Positions 27,006 through 40,242 of a stretch of DNA of 64,000 nucleotides are shown here, piece by piece (position 1 is the first letter of the stretch; the number at the start of each line of letters is the position of its first letter). The notes under the pieces are model-generated. The model was not told the origin of the DNA and made no database searches. It saw only the letters and a list, made by a program, of their open reading frames with translations. The translations under genes were made by a program, and so were the position numbers. The DNA is from Mytilus trossulus (taxonomy: Eukaryota): assembly GCF_036588685.1 (NCBI RefSeq), contig NC_086373.1, positions 90,458,001 to 90,522,000 on the forward strand, written 5' to 3'.

Positions 27006-28374
27006 GGTTATAGTATACAGGAAACAGTAAGCCAATTCAGTAACCAGTATGTCAAAGGAATAGCGCTTTTACTGCTGTTTTGTAGGCTTACACGCTTGTA
27101 TATCACAGATTACGTGTTGGAGAGAGTTAAGCACCAATTTACACATTACACATCTTGTTTTCCTTTCAAAAATAAGTATCGATTGTTGTCTGGTTTTGAA
27201 CCTGGTTTTTTTACCTACTTTATGTTAGATTATAAATCCTTGGAATAATAAATAATATATTTTAACGTTTTCCCACATACGATTTGCAAGATACCCGATT
27301 CCATGATTTTTTGTTACTATAGCAATATAGTAAGCATATCAATGTGAGATTTTATCTCGACTATCTAGCAGAACCATTAGTGGGAAATATATGTCTAAAT
27401 AATGAGAAAGATCCGTCCAAGAAACTGTTGGGGTAAGGGCTTGCTTATTGTTGAATGCGGACAGTGACTTATAGTTGTTTATTTCTGTGTCATTAGGTTT
27501 CCCGTGTGAAGAGTTGTCTCATTTGCAATCATACCACATCTTCTCTTTTATATTCTCGAATCACGAATAATGACAGAAAGCCAACAGCTGTCTTTGTCGT
27601 TACTTACTAGTTAGAAATTTTGAAAGAATCCTACTATATATAATTCTAAATCGAAGGTTGTGGTCACAAGACGAAAATCAAGATTGTACAACATGTATAA
27701 ATTTATACATTAAATAACATTTACATTTTCCATTCCTGAATTCCTGATGTAGATATCATTACCGAAGAGTAAAATGTCTAAATGTAGATTTTGTAATGGG
27801 TGTAAGGTATGTAATCGTAATATTTTCAGAAATCACTGTGATACATGTATTTTCTTTAAATGTTGCATCAACTGTTCTTTTTTATATCACATTTTCTTAT
27901 AAATTGTTACTTGGATTGAGGATTGTCTCATTAGCACTCATACCACATCTTCCTATATGTAAAAACCAATTAATTTGCAAAATAAGTAACTATGATTTAA
28001 TAATACGACCATCTTTTGTCCGCATTGGTCATTATTTTATACTTTTATATTGTGTGAATTTATGTATCAATCTTTCTCTATTTGATAGATATAAACTTGC
28101 GATATAATTTTTTTTTAAAGAAAATGTAAATTGACTTAAAGTCGACGTCGTCATTCAAACAGTCAAATATTTTAAGGTGAATCAGTGGTTAGGCAAGCCC
28201 GAGGTGACACATGTGATTTACTTACGCCCTCATAACACTGTATATTATATTTACGACTTAATATAACTTGAATGACACTATAAATTATGAAACCTTATAC
28301 GAAACGTCTTGTGTCCATTGAGATGTGCTGTACGAAAATTCTGGTTTGAAATGTCATGTATTCAATAATATAAT

Positions 28375-29458
28375 GATTATATACTAGAAAAAGTCTTTGG
28401 TCAGGATTCTTCTGACAAATCTCACACCAAATTTATGAAATACATTCTTGGTGTAAACAGAAAGTCAAGTAATATAGCTGTAATGTCAGAGCTTGGTAGA
28501 TTTCCTATGTATTTTACTATAATTTTATCAATGTTAAAATATTGTCATAGACTGGAACATTTAACAGAAGGACTATTATATGATGCGTTTATATGTTGTA
28601 AACAGTTACATAGCTCTAATGTAAATACATGGTATTCTAGTATAGATTATATTCAGAGAGAAATTGAATTACCAAATTTTGACCAATCAATTGGTTCTTT
28701 ATGTCAGTATGTTAAAAATAAACTATGTAAAAGTTATGTCACTTTTTGGCAAAAACTGAAATATCAAACAATTAACTCTGAAAAAGGGAAGCTTGGTACT
28801 TATTTTTCCATAAAAAATTGTTTTAAAAAAGAAAAATATTTAGAATTGCAGGACTTCCAAAAAAGGCAGTCAATTTGTAAATTAAGAATAAGTGCTCACT
28901 CTTTAAAAATTGAGACAGACAGATATTCAAAAAAGCATATAGAAAGATCTGAGCGTCTTTGTACTAATTGCTCACTTGGTAAAGTTGAAGATGAGCTTCA
29001 TTTTTTATTAGAATGCCCTCTTTATGATATTCAAAGGGACGATTTTTTTCAAGACATTTCTAACAATTGTTATAATTTTATAAACTTAAATAAATCTTCT
29101 AAATTTTTATGGCTCTTGACCCAAGAAAATGTTACTCTTATGGAAAAACTGGGTTGTTATATTTGTGACTGTTTTGAATTAAGGAGATCAGGCATGAACA
29201 CTGACATTTAGTCAAGTAAATAATTTGAAAATAAATACATATGCATGTATAATGTAATTTTATTATTCTTTTATTCACAATATATATATGTGGGTTTTAG
29301 CTTGATTCTGACCAATGCTTATATTCCAATTATATATGTATATGCCTCTATTATTGCTGTTGTTACTAATTATGTAAATCAATTGTATCTGATTTTATGC
29401 CCTTTATGGGCCCTGTAATTTGGGAAATAAAAATATTCTATTCTATTCTATTCTATTC
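28375..29458 (+). mobile_element. 5'-truncated non-LTR retrotransposon 3' end, RTEX-like
   Basis: ORF 28435..29211 with K.ILGV...N.AV..ELGR.P, LRISAH.L.IET.RY and the Cys/His motif ERLC..C....EDE.HFLL.CP.Y; AATAAA then a (TATTC)n tail. No TSD identified. Confidence 0.8.
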
Positions 29459-29642
29459 ACAAAAATCTTACATTTGTGGAAACATAAACAAGCTAGTGTC
29501 GCCAATAAAGTATGGCAAATTAAGATTGACTGGAAATACAAAAAAAAGTAGGTAGTATATTTTTAATGCTATGTTTTTTCCCGACTTTTAAAACAATCTC
29601 AGCAGCGGGGTAAAGTTTTACTATAGTCTATATCATTTTTAA

Positions 29643-30237
29643 GGTGGTATGGGTGTCTTCCTCCTTCTTGGATTGAAAAAAAACAGAGAACCAAAGGTCT
29701 AGATTTTCTATTAAGTTAGCAAAATTTGATGCAGGAATGCAAATATTTAATGTGAAATTTCACTTAAAAGAACCAATTTATAAGAATATAACTTATAAAT
29801 ATAAATATTTATGCAAATATTAATTATTTTTGGTTGTTTTTATTTATTTTTTAAATTGTCATTTTAAGGGGAGGTAACTCTAAAACAGTTCATTTTCTGA
29901 AGGATTCTGTTAGAAATTTTCCTATTTTGTATTTTAGCGGGGAAAAACGTACGGTGACCCTATCTTTTCTTTTGATATTCTCAAAGCATTGTCTGAAAGC
30001 TACCTTTTCCATAAGTATTTAACAATTCTATCATTTTGTTTAGTTTCTAATCACAAAATTGTGTTTTTTCCTGTACAATCCATACAAAATTTGTCATTTT
30101 GTCACGTTCTGTAGCTTGAAAAAATGTGCGGTGACCTATCATTTTTATTACATTTTTCAACCTATATCAATAGATACTACGTTTTGGCAAAGTATGAACA
30201 AATTCTATCATTTTTATTTTAGACTCCCATAGTCCAC
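29643..30237. mobile_element. Degenerate MITE, Kolobok-like
   Basis: TTAA then GGTGGTATGGGTGTCT on the left; AGACTCCCATAGTCCAC on the right (imperfect TIR). Confidence 0.4.
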
Positions 30238-30810
30238 ATCATATTAAAGCTTTCAAAACTCAAGACCATTGCCGAACTAAATAACGTTCATCAAGCCTAA
30301 CAAAAAATAGTCAACTCTCGGATCCATAGGCTATTAGGTATATTTTCTGTAAGCAATTTATTGTGTATAAAAGGAAAACATGTACCACTTTCGAATCTGA
30401 ATTGTTTCCCTTTATACACTACAAAACTGAAATGATTTTAAGGTAAAAATAGCTCTTTTTAATAATGGTATTTCTTTACTAAAATCGCTATTTTAATGGC
30501 ATTTCTTTACTAAAATAGCTCTTTTAATGATATTTCTTTACTCATTTAAAGTTAACAGTGCATATACTGACTTTTGATGGTTAGATATGTAAAAAGGACC
30601 TAATCTGTTTCAGCACTGCATGTACAAAGGATGTTGAAATTTTATTTTTTGATTCGCTCGTCATGTCGCAGATTTCCACTTATTGATAACAATAATTTTG
30701 GATTCAAGATGATCTATTGGGGTTTGATAACCAATATCTACGGTGGCCGGATACATTACACTTATACGACTGACTGTCATGGGTATAATAAATTTTAAAA
30801 AGATGATTAT

Positions 30811-31206
30811 GGGAAGAAGCATTAGATATATACTTAGTTGTATGGTGGCCGGATGCGGCCATTTCGTCTTTTCGCGTTTTCGCGTTTTCTCCTTTCACTT
30901 TCACACGAAATCGCGAAATCGCGAAATCGGGAAATCGGGAAATCGAGAAAGCAAAAATGCGAAAACGCGAAATGAAATAGATTTCTCGATTTCGCGTTTT
31001 CGCTTTCTCAATTTCGCGTTTTCGCTTTCTCGATTTCGCGTTTTCGCTTTCTCAATTTCGCGTTTTCGCTTTCTCGATTTCGCGTTTTCGCTTTCTCGAT
31101 TTCCCGATTTCGCGTGAAAGTGAAAGGAGAAAACGCGAAAGAGCGAAAAGACGAATGGCCGCATCCGGCCACCATACAACTAAGTATATATCTAATGCTT
31201 CTTCCC
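30811..31206. repeat. ~400-bp inverted repeat: CpG-rich MITE core 30841..31176 plus 30-bp inverted flanks
   Basis: Arms begin GGGAAGAAGCATTAGATATATACTTAGTTGTATGGTGGCCGGATGCGGCCATT; internal TTTCGCG repeats. Confidence 0.9.
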
Positions 31207-31217
31207 CAATCTAATTT

Positions 31218-31302
31218 AAATATAGATCTCCGATTTCGTTATACTACGTTACTACATATGATATGTAGTAACGTAGTATAACGAAATCGGAGATCTATAT
31301 TT
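31218..31302. repeat. Perfect palindrome, 42-bp arms with a 1-nt spacer
   Basis: 31218-31259 is the exact reverse complement of 31261-31302. Confidence 0.95.
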
Positions 31303-31935
31303 TAATGATAACCATTTATCAGTAAAATACGGAGAGGGGGATCAAATTTCTTATGTATATGATATTCTCTATAGTTCTTGATGAAAGTTAAGCTTCTGTC
31401 CAAGTTGACGTTTTAAAAAAAAATAATGATCCCAAACTGTATGCAAATGCTAACTGCATACAAACAGCTTAGTTCAACAATCAGTATATATTATAAAAAA
31501 GTGAGAAAAAAATATCTTCAACAGCCTACGTCGATATGTAATGTCGCTTTAATAATACATGTACACTTTTGGTAATAAATTAGAAAAAATGTACAGATTC
31601 AAATAAAAGTGGTGAAAGTGCCGCGGTTTGATTTTAGAAGTAAAATATCAAAAATACCGAACTCAAAAAATAATTTAAATCGGAAAGCCCCTTATCAAAT
31701 GGCAAAATCAAAAGCTCAAACATATATAAAACAATCGGGAAACACCTGTCATATTCAAGACTTGGTACACGCACTTGCCTATGTATGTTGAAAATGATTG
31801 ATTGAAACTGGTTTTACAGCTACCTTAATCTCTCACTTGTACATCTTTATTTTCATGTATAATTTGAAATATTTATTTCAGCATTTCTATAAATTTTTTC
31901 CCGTCAAATATTTACTTAACGCTATTTTTCGTGGT

Positions 31936-32160
31936 AGTGTTAGTGGTGTTTGTTCCACAGGGTTATGTTATGCGTCTAGTGCGGTAGAACTATTTATATG
32001 GTTCTTATTGCCGCTGGCTAGCATATTTTATGTGAAAAGGAAGCCGAGTGTGTAAGTCTTTCCTGCCAGTATACAGCCTCTACATTACCAAGACTCCAGC
32101 AGTATCCTCCTCGTTGGTAACACTGGTAACTGACATCTTTCGAAGTCAGGCTGAACTGCT
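31936..32160 (+). ncRNA. HDV-like self-cleaving ribozyme in the RTE 5' end
   Basis: P2 AGCAGU (32098-32103)/ACUGCU (32155-32160); L3 UCCUCGU (32108-32114); P1 3' strand UAACACU (32118-32124) complementary to AGUGUUA (31936-31942) or GGUGUU (31945-31950); GG 32125-32126; P4 CUGAC/GUCAG; J4/2 G-CUGA. P3 is imperfect. Confidence 0.75.
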
Positions 32161-35100
32161 TGGGGATCTCGGAGCAGCCAGGGTCCTAGAGATGCAGTGT
32201 GTAGGCCCATCGATGTGTGGACATGCCCTTGCACTCATCAACCTTGCTCCAGCTATGGATAAATAGTTGGCTAGATAGGAGTCATAAGCCCAGTAAGGCA
32301 ACCTATCTAAGAGAGACAACTCGAACAAAACCGGACAGATCATGATTCGTAAGCCTTGGTTTGGCAACTGATCTAGAGGACTGGAACCTTAACACGAAAT
32401 CCACTGGCCCTCCAGGTTGGAGTTTGAGCACAAGACCAACTATCTCGTCTCATAAAAAAAATGCAGTTACGGAAACAAGGACAAGAAAAAATTTAACTCA
32501 TCTCGTATTAAGATCAGAGTACCAGCAGACATCTGCAAGTATGAATGATGTCAGTGAAAGCCTAATGGAAGCTGACAACATGAAAAGTATTTTGAGCACG
32601 AGAACAAAACTAAAAATTGGATGTTGGAACGTAAGAACAATGTATGAAACAGGAAAACAAGCGCAAGTCATCAGAGAAATGAGAGCATACAAACTCCACC
32701 TGCTAGGTATAAGTGAATGTCGATGGACTGGATGTGGTAAAAAATCTACAAGTACAGGTGAAACAATTGTGTATTCTGGTAGAAAAGACGAAAAACATCA
32801 AGCAGGAGTAGCAATTATAATGAGCAGAAACGTAACAAAGGCCTTGATAGAGTATGCCCCTGTAAACGAAAGAATAATAAGAGCTCGCTTCCAAGCAAGG
32901 CAGGGAAAACTAACCATCATTCAATGCTATGCTCCAACAAATGAAGCAGAGGATGATGTGAAAACTGATTTCTATCTAGCTCTACAATCTGAGATAGAAA
33001 AAGTACCAAAACATGATGTTACAATAGTGATGGGTGATTTGAACGCCAAAGTTGGAAATGATAACACCGGGAATGAAAGAGTAATGGGAAAATATGGGTG
33101 TGGCAAGATCAACGACAATGGAGAACGTTTAGTGGACTTATGTGGTGCTAATAACTTAGTAATAGGGGGTACTACCTTCCCTCATAGAGATATACATAAG
33201 CTGACATGGACTTCTCCAAATGGTAGAGACAAAAACCAAATAGACCATATTATCATCAATGGAAAGTGGAAAAGATCGCTGCAAGATGTACGCGTTATGA
33301 GGGGTGCAGATGTTGCTAGTGACCACCATCTAGTAATTGCAAACATCAAACTGAAACTTAAAAAGTTGTCTACTTATGTAAACGTGTCAAGGAAATTTGA
33401 TGTTGGTAAATTACAAGATCCAAAAATCCAGCAAGAGTTTAAACTGGAAATAAAGAACAGATTTCAGCTATTAGACAACCTAGCAACTGACAACACAATC
33501 ACAATATCAGTCAATGATGAATGGCAGCACATACATGAAATATACACTCAAGCCAGTAAAAAGGTACTAGGATTCAAAAGACAAGTACACAAAGAATGGA
33601 TAACACCTGAAACTTGGAATTTGATAGATGAAAGGAAAGAAGTGAACAACAAAATTTGCCAAACACGTTCTGAGAGAATTAAGGAAAAGCTAAGAACAAA
33701 GTATACAGAATGCAACAAGAAGGTAAAAACAGCAACAAGAAAGAACAAGAGAGATTTTATGGAAGACCTAGCAAAAGAAGCAGAAAGAGCAGCTTCAAAT
33801 CAGAGAATGGGACAGATTTACCAAGTAACTAAACAACTAAGTGGTAAAAGTGCCAAGATAAATATGCCTATTAAAGACAAAAACAACAATATGCTAACAA
33901 CAGAACGAGACCAATATCTGAGATGGAAGGAACATTTTCAAGAGGTTCTTAATCGAAAAGATCCAGATAATATAGCAATTATTCCTGAGGCATCATAAGA
34001 CCTTGAAATAGATACTGATCCACCTTCAAAACAAGAAATACAGAAAGCCATTAAAAGCTTGAAAACTGACAAAAAGGCACCTGGCATGGACCAACTGAAT
34101 GCAGAACTTTTTAAGATAGATCCAGTTCTGGCAGCGGATACTTTACATCCAGTATTCCAGAAAATATGGGAACAAGCTATTATCCCTAACAGTTGGTCTG
34201 AAGGCAACATCATTACAATACCAAAATCAGGAGACCTAACTAACTGCAACAACTGGAGAGGAATCACCTTACTATCCATTCCAAGTAAGGTCTTCTGCAT
34301 AATTTTGATTTCAAGAATAACAGAGGCTGTGGATAAGAAACTACGACAAGAACAAGCTGGTTTCAGAAAAGGTAGAGGCTGCATCGACCACATATTTGTC
34401 CTACGTAACATCTTGGAACAGTGTCATGAGTGGCAGAGGAAACTACTGGTAAATTTTGTAGACTTTGAGAAAGCGTTTGACAGCTTACACCGGGAAAGTC
34501 TTTGGGAAATTCTGAGAAACTATGGTATACCAAGTAAGATAGTGCAACTCATCAAGCAGTTCTATACAAATTTCTCATGTACCATCAACTCTGAAGCTGA
34601 CTCTACTTTCCTCGTAAAATCTGGAGTAAGACAGGGATGTGTTATGTCATCTGTGCTGTTTATAATTGCTATTGACTGGGTAATGAGAACAACCCTAGCA
34701 GAAAGAAACACCGGACTGAGATGGACACTTTGTACTACGCTTGAGGACACAGACTATGCTGATGATTTAGCTCTTTTATCCCATACCGAAGACCATATGC
34801 AGGAGAAGACCAAAAAGCTAGAAGAAACAGCTAAAATGATTGGACTTAAGAGCAATGCCAAAAAGACAAAGCTAATGTACCTCAATACAGAGAAACATCC
34901 TGCCATATTTGTAGAAGGGAAACAGCTTGAAACAGTAGAGTCATTTAATTACCTAGGCAGTTGTATAACAACAGAAGGTGGTGCTGAGAGAGACATAAAG
35001 ATCAGAATAGGAAAAGCTAGATCTGCATTCATTAGATTAGGCAACATCTGGAAAACAACAGCCTTTTCAAAGAAGACCAAGCTCAGACTATATAACAGCT

Positions 35101-35544
35101 GTGTACTCTCATTACTCCTATATGGCTCAGAGTACTGGAGAATGACTGACAAAGACATCTAGACTCTCCAGCTTCCATAACACATGTCTACGAAAGATAA
35201 TGAAAATATTCTGGCCAGACAAAATCTCCAACAAAGACCTTCATGAGATGACGAATACCAAAGACATGGAGACTTTGCTCATACAAAAAAGATGGAGGTG
35301 GCTTGGTCATGTTATACGCAAACCATCTGATGACATGACCAAGGTAGCCCTTAGATGGACACCAGAGGGGAAGAGAAAGAGAGGCCGACCTAAAACAACA
35401 TGGAGACGCACTGTAGAAAATGAGCTAAAGGAAAGAGGATATACCTGGGGTACAGTTGAAAGAACAGCAAACAACAGAGAAGAGTGGAGGAAACTTGTCC
35501 TTGCCCTATGTGCCACTAGGCATAGCAAGGACTAAGTAAGTAAG
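31938..35544 (+). mobile_element. Full-length RTE-clade non-LTR retrotransposon
   Basis: Perfect 15-bp TSD TATTTTTCGTGGTAG (31923-31937 and 35545-35559); (TAAG)3 tail overlapping the stop codon; APE endonuclease plus RT; C-terminal WTPEGKRKRGRPKTTW typical of RTE. Confidence 0.95.
32541..35535 (+). pseudogene. RTE APE-RT ORF with two disabling lesions
   Basis: APE motifs (GCWNVRT, GDLNAKVG, IDHI, SDH) and RT motifs (QQAGFR-like QEQAGFRKGR, GVRQG, YADD). In-frame TAA at 33996-33998; frameshift at about 35160 (RLSSFHNTCLRKI resumes in another frame). Confidence 0.92.
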
Positions 35545-38500
35545 TATTTTTCGTGGTAGCAGCAATATCTAACGTTGCGTCATCATGACGGTCACATAAC
35601 GTACCATTATATATTGGCAACGATGTGTGAACAAATCAAATGCGTGTCCTGGATAACAAATCTACAGACGCAAACCTCTTAATTTCCTTAAATAAATCAT
35701 TTATTTTTTTAGATTTTCTAGATTCATTTAATACTTCTTCAGGTCCCACTACTTTACAATTCTGCATAATTTAATTTTTGATAACGTTGTTAGATCCTCA
35801 TCCTTTCGTTGCCTTGGTCTCAGTTAGATAGGGTTCTCACTGGTAATCACACCATAATTCCCCATGTTTATATTATAAAACTGTTTTTAAAAAACGTTTA
35901 CACCTACACTCTCTGGTTTTATTTTCCGATCCTGATTATCAATATCGAATTTATCTAAAATGCCTACCAGCGAAGAAAAAATCTAAACAGAAACTGTCAA
36001 AAGAACACAAGTGCGTAATCCTGAGATAAATCATATTTAAAGTATTGAAACCAATTTAACTTGTCAAATATTTCATTCTATTTTTCTGTAATGGCCTAAT
36101 AATGATAAAAATCTTTAAATAAAGGAGAAATTGATTCACCGGGAAATCTATTCCTCTGTAAGTTCAATTGTGTATATAAATTGATCAAACACTATCAAAA
36201 GACCTAGGACTTGATTTTTTTAACAATTTATAATTATTTTCCTACATTTACTAAGTGGTTTTTAATTTTCGAGGTTATTAAGTGTGACAAAGACGATAAT
36301 TTCAGATTTATTTCTGAAGTGCAACTATATTTTAACAAATGACTCGAATATGCATAAGTTTGATAAAATTATCTTTACCCCATGTCCACTTTTTATTGTA
36401 TTACACCAAAGAGGATTGTACTGCATTCTTAGGTTCAATGATATAATGTCTTTGTACTTGTGATATTTCATAAAATTGTATTTTACACCTGATAAGATCA
36501 ACTTATGTCTGCTTTAAGCATATGGCGTTTAATATTAAATGCAAAAAAGATTTAAGAGTCCTTTGTTTCAAAATATGTGTTGACATCTATTTATTTTTTT
36601 AAATACTGGATCTTTGGAGCAAATTTATGTACATGTATTCCACTTTCATGCAATTACACCAGCTGGTTGACTTTTATGTTGTGGCTCCTACTATCATTAT
36701 TAACATGAGTTCATATTAGATATATTAAAATAAGAAGGTGTTATGATTAACAATGAGATACTTTCCAACAGAGACTAAAGAAGAGGAAGTTAACAACTTT
36801 AGTTCAGCATAGGTCTGTGCAAAAAAAATAAAACGAGAACAGAACAAAAAAAAACGGGAAAAAAAACAAATATGGTATACAGCAAAAACGACCACCTCTA
36901 GATTGAAGGATCCAGGCGGTGACAGACACAAGCGAAATGCGGCTGGGTTGAATTAATGAATACTTGATCTTTCTCCCTATCCTCGGACTGGTGTCACAGA
37001 ACATCAAAACAAACTATACAATTCAGCTGAAAAGGGTATCGCATAGCTCATCAGATTGATACAAAGCAACAAAAATATGTCACTTATTCGACAATTAAGG
37101 TCTTCTGATCACACTAGGTCAAATCTCAATATACTACATAATGTTAACTAAAAAAAAGATAATATTGATCACGATAAGATCACAGAGATTCAGTTTGCTT
37201 GTGTCCACGTCACGTGAAATGAACTCTGGTTGATAGTTGGATCATTGGTAATCATACTATATCTCCTTTATTTTGAGTTCATTAGAGATTCGATAAGACT
37301 CCTTAATTCATATACTAGTAGAATAAAATAACCACAGGGACACAGATCTATTGTAATCCATTTTAAGTTTTTCTTTTAACTATCGATTTCCTGTCCAACT
37401 TATATTAAATTACTATATATAGTAGAAATAATAGTATCTATATGCATGTTATTAAAACTTAATGGTTGAGTGTTCTAAACTGATCAAAATACACAAGTCA
37501 ATTTCATTTATGCCTTTTCCAATGTGTTTTTAAGAAAATAAAATATGCTTAAACTTAACCTGGAGGTTAACTGCAAGATTATCTGTATGTAGCTGCGAGA
37601 ACTCTCAGATCTTTCATATACGTCTTTTTGTTGTTGGATGTATAGATACGCTGCCAAGACCGGTCTGTGTTTTCGTTTCTATAGATGGGTTTTTTTGTTG
37701 TATCGATCTGATGAGTTCAGCACTTTCAACTGGTTTTATAGTTTGTTTGCATGTTGTAGTGTTACAAACAGGGAGGGTTTGGCGCAAGGAAGCCCCACAT
37801 TCTATATGTGCCTATCCCAAACCTGGATCCTATATTTCAGTGGTGGTCATAAAAAAAAATCGCAATTTTTTTGTTAAAAATCATGCCGTTAGTACGAATT
37901 GTTTCATATTTTTCATATCGGGGCTTTTTAATGCCGACTGTACGGTAGGGTTTCTCATTGTTGAAGGTTAAGTTGCCTTTTATTGCTCCCAGTCACTTCA
38001 TTTGAACTTCGGTGGCAATCATATACCCCATCTTCTTATTGTTATAATGGTCAAATCGGATCATGTAGCATTGTCATATAACCATCTTACACTGTCGTGA
38101 GTGGAGATTCTGCTCTGGCAACATTTGATCTGGGAAAGCCTTTGAAAACAATTTGGACAGACAATATAGACAATTGTACTAGTACTTACGCAAGCTTGTA
38201 TGTTAAAAACTCACACAATGCCGTACACTAAAATACCAGGGCGTAATAAGGTCAAACAAGATTTTTTTTATTAAAACAGCTAACATAAAACACTTGACAT
38301 AGAACCGAACGACAATCACTGACATACAGATTGTTGATTTTAGACTTGCACATACTACTTTGGCGGAGTAAAATGTTTCTTCGCACACACCCTTCCCCCT
38401 AAAAACTGTTTTTGCCACACCACAAAAAACAGTTTTGAAAAAAACAAAAGAAACAAAGAACCAATGAGTACTCAATGTTACACTAGAAATAGTTCAGTCT

Positions 38501-38914
38501 TATTGCAATTAGCAATTAGATCATATCCTCCAACCAATACTTGATAATCAACCAGTACATAACCAATGGATTTAGTGAAAATTTGTCATACAGTCTGTGA
38601 AAAGCATACCTATGTGCAATGCCAAAACATAAGTATTTTAGTCCCATAAGTATAAACATAAGGAGATGTGGCGTATTTTTTTATTGCTGTTTTCTTCGTG
38701 ATGATTATGGTACAGATGTAAACTTATTGTCACTTGTGGACGTAGGTGTCATCATTCTCCAGGTGCCTATTAATTTCAGAAGAAGTTGCATATAACCTAT
38801 ATATGTGCAAACGAAAATGTAAAAGAATTTCGCTGATAAATGTCATAGTGCACATCCAACTTTACAAGAATTTTAAATTTCTCTAAGCATAAAAGAGCAG
38901 TCATTTAAGATGAT

Positions 38915-39251
38915 ATCGAATATGTTTCTTACGTTGTAACTACAATCCCTTTCCCTTTTCTTGAATGTGACCTACCGAATTAAGACTATTTACCGAATTT
39001 GCACTTAATAAGATGAGCAACACGACGGGTGCCAAATGTGGAGCATGATCTGCTTTCCTTTCATGAGCACATGATATCACCCATAGTATTTGGTGGGATA
39101 CGTGTTGCTACAGTCTTTATAGTTTTCTATAATATTTTTTGTGTACTATTATTTGTCTACAGTTTGCCTTTTCAGTTTTAGCCATGTCGTTGTCATTTTA
39201 TTTTCGATTTACGAGTTTTATTGTTCCTCTGGTATCGTTAGCCCCTCTTTT
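38915..39251 (+). mobile_element. 3' UTR fragment of the Penelope-like family
   Basis: Shares GAATGTGACCTACCGAATT, GAGCAACACGACGGGTGCC and the 3' end with the other copies. Confidence 0.65.
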
Positions 39252-40242
39252 AGTGCACTGTGCTTGGGCAATCACCTAAATAAGACTGCCTCTGTCGAGT
39301 TTTCTGTACTCAATCACTTTTCAATTATTGATACCGAGTTCTGTGATACAATGAGGAAAACGTTTAGCTTGAAGCGGCCTTTTTGTATATGAATGACTTA
39401 ATGTCATACCATCATACTGGGATAACTTGGGTGCAACTATATTTCAAAATTTCCACTCTACCCGTGAAGTTGTTCCAATGGTAAATAATTATAAGGGTGC
39501 ATTTTGCTCAGGCATTTTGGCACACGATTGTTTTCTGTATGAGGATTAGTTCTTAGTTTCGAACAACACAAACAAAGGACTGTGCCATGTAATGTTTTTT
39601 GAACTGAAGGTGTTCTGGGCTCTTAAGATCGAATAAAGGACAGGTGGCTTTATTTTTCAACCTTGCTTGTAGACAAATCTTGTTTATTTGTAGTTATTGT
39701 TGTTTTGTTTTGACGTACATAATTGTTTAACTTTTAATTCCATCGTAAACCTTAAGATTTAAGTAGCTTATGTGCAATGTTGTTTACAAACATATTTGTT
39801 TCAATTATTGAACTTTTGATTTAAAACTAATCGACCCTTCACATCACCAAAATAGACATTTAACATGTTTTATTTGTGATTCATATCACTTTTATAGCCA
39901 CCCATACCAACCAAAGTGATAAAATTACTAATTTACTTACAGTTTTAATATATGTTGCTTAAACAAAAAATAAATTGACAAGTCATTCAAAAATTTATTA
40001 CAGGTAGAATACATTTTACTAAATAAATATCATTATCATAAGATATGAAACGCATCAACCTAAATCATGGTTGAACAGATATCTCAGTTTTGGGATTTAA
40101 AAAGCAAGATAAATCTAAAAATTGACGAACGAAATGAATCATTCATGTATATCTGTTTTATTTGGCCATAAGATTGGACTCTGAACAGATTTTGAAAAGA
40201 AAAAAACATATAGTTCCATTTATGTTTATGCCTTGTATATAA

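Noticed and set aside
30743-31179. Arg/Phe/Ser-rich and Lys/Arg/Glu-rich ORFs
   Set aside because: Translations of the TTTCGCG repeat in the inverted-repeat element.
32498-35528. Antisense ORFs over the RTE; also 41405..41803, 18524..18847, 5607..5876 and 7804..8088
   Set aside because: Opposite-strand shadows of real coding sequence.
37698-37735. CTGATGAG motif resembling a hammerhead core or box C (also reversed at about 37045 and 40573)
   Set aside because: No GAAA after a stem II and no stem I/III; it is part of a common interspersed repeat.
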